From an uncultured Ignavibacteriales bacterium (GTDB lineage: Bacteria; Bacteroidota; Ignavibacteria; Ignavibacteriales; Ignavibacteriaceae): a stretch of DNA of 64,000 bases. A program made the position numbers and the translations under genes. The first letter of the stretch is position 1. Every line of letters begins with the position of its first letter. Of this stretch, positions 58,208 to 64,000 are shown one piece after another. Below the pieces are notes generated by a model. The model was not told where the DNA came from and did not search any database. It saw only the letters and a program-made list of their open reading frames with translations. Location: NCBI GenBank assembly GCA_937858935.1, contig CALLZX010000305.1:8208-72207 (forward strand). The letters are read 5' to 3'.

Positions 58208-59632
58208 CTAATTAGTATTAACAGCAATATTATCTGATCTTGTTGAACTAATTCGATCCAATTTTCCCCAAGTCATTCTGATTCCAAGAAACTCTTCAAT
58301 AGTCGACATGGTTTTACAAATATCAATAATCAAAATAAAAAACATTCTGTAAATGATTGCATACCATATCAATCTAAATTCTTCTTTTTCGACCGCAACA
58401 CAATAAAGTGCTGTGACAAGATCCAATATTGCTAAACCCGCCCACCAAAAGAATATTAAATGTGAAAATCCAAAAAATAAAGCTGCAAAAATAAAAAATG
58501 CATTGGCTGCAATATTCATCGTTGGCCAAATTAGGGCTTCATAAGACATCATCCACAAAATAAATGTTTGTCCAAAATTTACTGTAGGATTCAACATTCT
58601 TTTTTTATGCTTTCTGATCGATTGAAGTATTCCTCTAGTCCATCTGTATCTCTGTTTAAGAAGCTGCTGCAATGTTACGGGAGCTTCTGTATAAGAAATC
58701 GATTTGGGTTCATAATAAATTTTCCAACCATTTGCTAAAACTTTTAAGGTTAAATCAGCATCTTCTGCATAAGTATCACTTGAGTAATATCCAGCTTGTT
58801 CAATTGCTTTTCTTCTAAAAATACCTATTGGTCCTGGAATAATATTTACAAGTTTAAAATAGCTCTGAGCACTGCGAGCCATATTTAATCCTTCAATATA
58901 TTCAAGAGCTTGAAGATCTGTAAAAAACCTTTTTCTGTTTAGAACTTTTACATTACCTGCAACGGCACCAATTTTAGGATTTTTAAAATGTCTAACTGCA
59001 ACTCTGACTGATTCAGGTGAAAGCTGAGAGTCTCCGTCCATACAAAGAACAAAATCAGACTTAGAATAATAAATACCAGAATTTAAAGCTCGTGCTTTTC
59101 CCAAATTTGGCTGATTTATTAATGATATTTTTACCTTACCATATAACCCATCCTGGAATCCAACCATAGATTCAGCTACTTGTTTAGTATCGTCGGTTGA
59201 ACCATCATTTACAACAATAATTTCATAATTCTGGTAATCAAGCTTAAGCAAAGACAAAATTGATTTTCTAATAATTTTACCTTCGTTAAAGACCGGAACT
59301 ATAATAGATATAAAAGGAGAATACCCATTAGTTTCTGAGAAAGTGTATTCATTTAAATATAAATATGCTGCAACCAAAATGGCGAAGTATCTTACAAGAA
59401 GGATGAAAAGAAAAATAACAAGAGCTATAATTGTCGAATACTCAAATAGTGAACTGTACGACAAAATTGTGTAAGGTAAAGTATAGACTATAACTAAAAT
59501 CAGTAATAGTGAAATTATACCACTTACGAGTATCCTTCGTAAATATTTTTGCTCTAGATTTTCTCCTTTTTTTTCATCTTCCCGGCTTGAAATAGTAATA
59601 ATAACACGATCGACAAGCTGATTTATTTTCAT
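58208..59632 (-). CDS. Membrane-embedded processive family-2 glycosyltransferase (PgaC/IcaA/NodC-like synthase)
   Basis: 474 aa. Two N-terminal and about four C-terminal TM segments. 'ISIIVPVFNEG', 'IIVVNDGSTDDT', 'LGKARALNSG', 'VLCMDGDSQL', 'YAEDADLTLK', 'QRYRWTRG' (D, D, D, QxxRW). Confidence 0.85.
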   Translation of the reverse strand: MKINQLVDRVIITISSREDEKKGENLEQKYLRRILVSGIISLLLILVIVYTLPYTILSYSSLFEYSTIIALVIFLFILLVRYFAILVAAYLYLNEYTFSETNGYSPFISIIVPVFNEGKIIRKSILSLLKLDYQNYEIIVVNDGSTDDTKQVAESMVGFQDGLYGKVKISLINQPNLGKARALNSGIYYSKSDFVLCMDGDSQLSPESVRVAVRHFKNPKIGAVAGNVKVLNRKRFFTDLQALEYIEGLNMARSAQSYFKLVNIIPGPIGIFRRKAIEQAGYYSSDTYAEDADLTLKVLANGWKIYYEPKSISYTEAPVTLQQLLKQRYRWTRGILQSIRKHKKRMLNPTVNFGQTFILWMMSYEALIWPTMNIAANAFFIFAALFFGFSHLIFFWWAGLAILDLVTALYCVAVEKEEFRLIWYAIIYRMFFILIIDICKTMSTIEEFLGIRMTWGKLDRISSTRSDNIAVNTN

Positions 59633-59815
59633 TTATCCGGATAATGGTTTGCCCTAATTTTTCAATAATAATGCCATTAGAAGGATTTTAATTAACATTT
59701 TTTTTACTCATAAATCCCCTTTATGCAATACCAATATTGGACTTTAATTTAATCTGTATCATAATCAAACAAGCGAGAATGTTTAGATTTGGCTAAAAAA
59801 TTGGTAAGTAAACGT

Positions 59816-62662
59816 TTACAATCCCCAGATCAAACTAGCTTGTATAGAAGTTGAACGATAACCAGTGTTTGATCTAAAAGAACTTCCCGTCGTGAATCGT
59901 GTTTGCAAAAGCAGATTTTCAATAATTTCATAGTCTATTGAAGCGTAAAACTCGGAAAGTATAAAATCATTTTGTGGTATCAAACCAATTTTACCACCAA
60001 TGTTAAAATTAAAAGTATCATCATAGTAAAGATTCCAATTAGCCCAGATGGAGTGTGATTCAAAATTCTTTGGACTCCAATACAGCTGCGTTTCATCTTT
60101 TAATGAATAGAAATAATACTCATAACCAGCAGTAAGATCAGATTCAAAAACCTTTCCTAGTCTTGCAACAAATAAGTTACCGGAGTTATTATCAGAAACA
60201 TCTAAATATCCATATTTTCCTGAAACAACCAAATTATTTTTAAACTTGTATTCACCATTTAACCCAAAATGAAAAGCATTCAATCTTGTGTTAACTAAGA
60301 ATGGAGAGTAAAGTATAAATGCAGCATCAGAATAATTTAAGAAAGCTGTAACACTAAAAATACTTTTTTTCTGTGTAGTTAGTGATAACTCAATAATATT
60401 TTCTTTTTGGTCGTTCACAAAATATGTTTGTCCAAAACTTCCAGATCCTGAAAATGTTTCATTAAATTTTACATACGCTGACCCTTTAATTTGATTAAAC
60501 CTTAATTCATTATCAGCCGAGGAAAGTTTACCACGTGAACCAGAAAGACCAAGAGCTAGAAAGTCTGTTGCACCTAAGTCAAATCCAACCCCAAAGTTTG
60601 AATAGCTAAAATCAGTGTTATCAGTGAAATAAGATGCTCTGGGGATCAATTGTATATAAGTTGGAAACTTATCAAAAGAAAATTTATCGCTTCCACCAAT
60701 CCAGCCTAACCGTGTTTTAAGTATATGGGAATTAGGAGATTTAAGGAAAAGATTCTTATAAGTGATTTTTGCATTTTGAACTTGACCATTTTGCAGGTAG
60801 GCGTCTCCGAGGAGTAATTCAGTCTCAATATCGTTTGGATTTTTTTGATTTAGTCTTCTAAATTCCTTTAAAGCTAAAGACGAGTCACTATTCCATAAAT
60901 AAACCTTTGCTCTTTGTTTTTCTATCTCATAATCGTCAGTTGACTTTAATAAATCATCATAGATTTTTATCGATTTATCCAAATTAGAATTTGCAATATG
61001 AACATTTGCCAGCTCAAGTTTAACTGCATTGTTATCCGGATTGTTAATTAGATACTGATTGAATGATTTTATAGCAGAATTATATTCTTTTCTGTATGAA
61101 AATAATCTTGCATCTTCTAAAATTTTATTGGATGTATCTAATTCATTTTGATCTTTTGCATTCTCAAAAGTCCTTTGCAGTAAAATAAATTTCTGAGAAG
61201 AACTATCAACAATTGAAATTTCATTCATTAATTCTTCTGCATCAGAGATACTATTATTTCTTATATAAAGATTTGCCAATCCAAACATAGCCTCTGTGTT
61301 TTTAGAATCGATAGCCAATACTTTTTGAAAAAGTGATTGGCTATAAACTAAATCTCTATCTAACCAATAATTTATTTGAGCAGCTAATAATAAATAATCC
61401 TTATTATTCGGTGCTGACTTTAGAAGTTCGCTAGCATTATCGGAGGCTTCACAAAGATTATTTTGCCACATTAAAATCTGAGCTAATTTATAACGTACTT
61501 CTTGATCATTTGGGTCTTTTGATAAGTAACTGTTGTAAAGATTTACAGCTATACTGTAATCATTATTGTAAGAATAATATTTAGCTAACTCTAATAATGC
61601 ATCTTTATTAAATGGTTCTTTATTTAATCGCTCTTCATAAAATCTAATGCGATCTGCATAGTAGGATTTTCTTAAAGTAATTGCCTTAAACCATAAATCT
61701 TTAAATCTATCCTGGTCAGAAAATTTAGGAGATAAAATCTGCAGTTGTTCATAAGCTTCTTCATATCGATTTACAGTGATTAATTCCTCAATCAATTTAA
61801 ATCTACTATCATCATCAGCCTTATTTTTTTTTAGAACAAGATATAATCTATCAATTTCATATTGCTTGGCGGCTGGTTGCATTCCATAATTAAATTTAGA
61901 CGTTGTATCGTTAATCGAATAAATGTAACCTTTACCTTTTGCCAGATCCAATCCATCCATTGCCTCTTTAAAGTAGGGTCGTATTTCTAGAGATTTAGTG
62001 AATGCATCAACGGCAATTTTATTTTTACCAAGCCATAGCGTAAAATAACCATATCTGGACAACAATCTGTGATCGTCCGGAAATCGCTCAGTATAGTTCT
62101 TAAGAATCGGTTCACCTTTAGAAATATGATTATTCTTAGCTAATATTTCTGAGTATCTGATGATCTCATCAGGAGAGGCTTTTTCTTTTTCAAGATAGAT
62201 ATCATACCATATTTCAGCTTCATTCCAGTTTCCTAAATTCTTATAGCACTTTCCTATTTCAAGATAATTTTTTGCAATAATAGGATTGATTGCAATTTCT
62301 CTCTTGTGTCCTTCAATTTTATTGTAAAGGATTTTATACCAATCAGAGGTTGCTCTATTTAAATTTGATGAAATTTCATCATCTTCTGGTTTTATTTTTT
62401 TTGCTGTGCGAAAATCATAAACAGCATACTCATAATTACCTCTTTTTTCATAACAGATGCCGCGTAAATTAAATCCATCCGCCGAATTTGGATTTGCAGA
62501 TACATATTTATTTAAAATGTCAATTGCCTCACCGTAACGTCCAGAACTAATTAGTTGTATAGCTTCTGTTTTAAAATTTGAAGAATAATTATTTTGAGGT
62601 AATATAGATATGCTAAAAAAAGTAAGATTCAGAATGAGCAATTGATAGAAAAATAATTTCAT
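59816..62662 (-). CDS. TPR-repeat protein with C-terminal outer-membrane beta-barrel (PgaA/BcsC/PelB-like export porin)
   Basis: 948 aa with a signal peptide. About 600 aa of TPR-like repeats ('YGEAIDILNKYVSANPNSADGFNLRGICYEKRGNYEYAVYDF...'). The last ~300 aa show alternating beta-strand patterning rich in aromatics and end in '...SIQASLIWGL'. Confidence 0.75.
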   Translation of the reverse strand: MKLFFYQLLILNLTFFSISILPQNNYSSNFKTEAIQLISSGRYGEAIDILNKYVSANPNSADGFNLRGICYEKRGNYEYAVYDFRTAKKIKPEDDEISSNLNRATSDWYKILYNKIEGHKREIAINPIIAKNYLEIGKCYKNLGNWNEAEIWYDIYLEKEKASPDEIIRYSEILAKNNHISKGEPILKNYTERFPDDHRLLSRYGYFTLWLGKNKIAVDAFTKSLEIRPYFKEAMDGLDLAKGKGYIYSINDTTSKFNYGMQPAAKQYEIDRLYLVLKKNKADDDSRFKLIEELITVNRYEEAYEQLQILSPKFSDQDRFKDLWFKAITLRKSYYADRIRFYEERLNKEPFNKDALLELAKYYSYNNDYSIAVNLYNSYLSKDPNDQEVRYKLAQILMWQNNLCEASDNASELLKSAPNNKDYLLLAAQINYWLDRDLVYSQSLFQKVLAIDSKNTEAMFGLANLYIRNNSISDAEELMNEISIVDSSSQKFILLQRTFENAKDQNELDTSNKILEDARLFSYRKEYNSAIKSFNQYLINNPDNNAVKLELANVHIANSNLDKSIKIYDDLLKSTDDYEIEKQRAKVYLWNSDSSLALKEFRRLNQKNPNDIETELLLGDAYLQNGQVQNAKITYKNLFLKSPNSHILKTRLGWIGGSDKFSFDKFPTYIQLIPRASYFTDNTDFSYSNFGVGFDLGATDFLALGLSGSRGKLSSADNELRFNQIKGSAYVKFNETFSGSGSFGQTYFVNDQKENIIELSLTTQKKSIFSVTAFLNYSDAAFILYSPFLVNTRLNAFHFGLNGEYKFKNNLVVSGKYGYLDVSDNNSGNLFVARLGKVFESDLTAGYEYYFYSLKDETQLYWSPKNFESHSIWANWNLYYDDTFNFNIGGKIGLIPQNDFILSEFYASIDYEIIENLLLQTRFTTGSSFRSNTGYRSTSIQASLIWGL

Positions 62663-62677
62663 CTTCTATAGTCAATT

Positions 62678-63883
62678 CTATCTCTGATTTAATTGGGTTT
62701 TGACAGTTTTGTTATCAAATTCTCTAAAGACATCTTCAGCACTGTTCATCGAGTCATTTACTTTTAACATTAAATAAGCCACATTAGTAGATCCACTACC
62801 ATTTAAAGTCTGATGAACTTTTGAAATGAAATCATCAATCAATTTATCATCAGATTTTGTGATAAGAATATAAATTTTATCATCAATTGTACATATCTTA
62901 TCTTTTTTATGTGCTGCTACTTTAACAGAATAACTTAATTGATCGAATGAAATTCTAGATTGTGACTGACTTGCTGGATTAATTCTAATCGATAAAATTG
63001 TGAACATTTGGCCGGTCGTTTTATACAGTGCAATTTGATTATTAACAATCAATTTAAAATCATTTATACTGTAAATATTAGGTACTAAATATTCAGGAGT
63101 ATTTAAAGCATTTGTCTTATTTGGAATCAGCTCAGTTATTTCGGGCAATATGTTTTCTTTAGTTAAGCGTTTTGTGATTTTAAAATCAGTTGTTATACCT
63201 TTATAAGGTTCTATGAAATAGTTTGCTTTGAATTTCCCTTCTGTATGCCCAATATTTGGAGTAATATCGATAATGCCTGGTTGCTGCTCTGCACTGTCTT
63301 CGGCTTTATGAAGTTGAATAATTCCAGTTGCGAAAGAATTTAAAACATTAAATATCATTTTTGAAGATTGTGCTGCAGGCTCTCTTAAAATCAATAAACT
63401 AGTTATCCCTAAATCTTCAATTGATTCAATCATCGAACCAAATGCATCTCTAAGGCTGTTTAGATTTTCATACTCAACATAAGGGGTCAATTCATCAAAA
63501 ATAATTCGAGTAGGATGATACTGATTAATAACAGAAATAATATCGCTGAGATAATCACTTAAAAATTCATCTCTACTTTTAAATTCTGTAGTTTCAGTCG
63601 GTTGAGCAACACGCACAACTATAATTGTATTCTGATTAATATAGTTTTCAAGATCAATATCAATGGAAGCGGCATGAATCATCAAATCTTTAGGGCGAGA
63701 GTTTGTGAAATACAGGCAAACTTCTTTGTTTTTTGCAGCTTCTACCGCATATTGAAGACTTAAAAGAGTTTTGCCAGACTTTTTTTCACCAACTAATAAA
63801 TATGTCCCGCCGTGATAAAATCCTCCCCAGGCGCTATCAACGATTGGAATACCGGAATGGAATAATTGCACGCTTTTTTTCAT
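62678..63883 (-). CDS. KaiC/RecA-superfamily ATPase with C-terminal extension resembling a degenerate GGDEF domain
   Basis: 401 aa. 'GIPIVDSAWGGFYHGGTYLLVGEKKSGKTLLSLQYAVEAA' (Walker A GEKKSGKT). Walker B 'RIIFDELT'. C-terminal 'FTILSIRINPAS...DKICTIDDKIYILITKSDDKLIDDFISKV' mimics the GGDEF-domain layout without the GG[DE]EF residues. Confidence 0.6.
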   Translation of the reverse strand: MKKSVQLFHSGIPIVDSAWGGFYHGGTYLLVGEKKSGKTLLSLQYAVEAAKNKEVCLYFTNSRPKDLMIHAASIDIDLENYINQNTIIVVRVAQPTETTEFKSRDEFLSDYLSDIISVINQYHPTRIIFDELTPYVEYENLNSLRDAFGSMIESIEDLGITSLLILREPAAQSSKMIFNVLNSFATGIIQLHKAEDSAEQQPGIIDITPNIGHTEGKFKANYFIEPYKGITTDFKITKRLTKENILPEITELIPNKTNALNTPEYLVPNIYSINDFKLIVNNQIALYKTTGQMFTILSIRINPASQSQSRISFDQLSYSVKVAAHKKDKICTIDDKIYILITKSDDKLIDDFISKVHQTLNGSGSTNVAYLMLKVNDSMNSAEDVFREFDNKTVKTQLNQR

Positions 63884-64000
63884 AGTTTAATTTTTTAACA
63901 ATTTTACCAATAATTATACCGTTAGTATTGTTCGTTTATATTAAAAAAATGAATAAAAGCGATATTTTTTTGGACTAAACAGAGACAAAAAAAGTGAGTT

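Noticed and set aside
59633-59815. Possible c-di-GMP riboswitch or other leader RNA upstream of the GT2 synthase gene.
   Set aside because: Reading the minus strand, I could not recognise GEMM-type conserved helices or any strong stem-loops. Only the 10-bp palindrome is reported, as a separate low-interest finding. A covariance-model scan would be decisive.

Overview
AT-rich bacterial chromosomal segment. A type IX secretion (T9SS) C-terminal sorting domain, hybrid two-component sensors with beta-propeller/Y_Y_Y domains and weak Shine-Dalgarno usage suggest an FCB-group, Ignavibacteria/Bacteroidota-like organism; this taxonomic guess is unverified. I saw no rRNA, CRISPR, transposase or integrase. 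Layout: (i) 103-4142, a partner-switching module (STAS antagonist, RsbW-like kinase, PP2C phosphatase with a periplasmic propeller sensor). (ii) 4266-9417, a 1530-aa multidomain T9SS cargo protein with a GLYWQN hexapeptide array, plus a small exported protein. (iii) 9938-14140, a hybrid two-component system with an AraC output. (iv) 14387-20063, a run of small exported NTF2/VOC/RidA-type proteins, an AmpG-like MFS transporter and a YceI-like protein. (v) tRNA-Asp, then housekeeping genes (pfk, rnhC, rlpA, rsmE, an Omp85-family protein, gcvP). (vi) A classical yceD-rpmF-plsX-fabHD-fabG-acpP-fabF-rnc lipid operon carrying an extra Cys-rich gene. (vii) prsW, nadD, an epimerase, meaB, an acyl-CoA dehydrogenase, a carboxyltransferase, a sigma54-dependent activator and a HIT protein. 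(viii) A lexA-OMP-DUF72-dinB string with a palindromic operator candidate. (ix) 49321-63883, the most interesting region: a tightly packed eight-gene minus-strand locus. It combines a PgaC/IcaA-like GT2 synthase and a TPR + beta-barrel porin with a KaiC-like ATPase, a small single-pass protein, two tandem paralogues (GATase1-like domain plus apparently degenerate NodB-like domain), an FN3 lipoprotein and a multi-PAS pseudo-kinase/receiver protein. It looks like a non-canonical synthase-dependent exopolysaccharide system. All functional calls come from motif recognition by eye; no database search was run.
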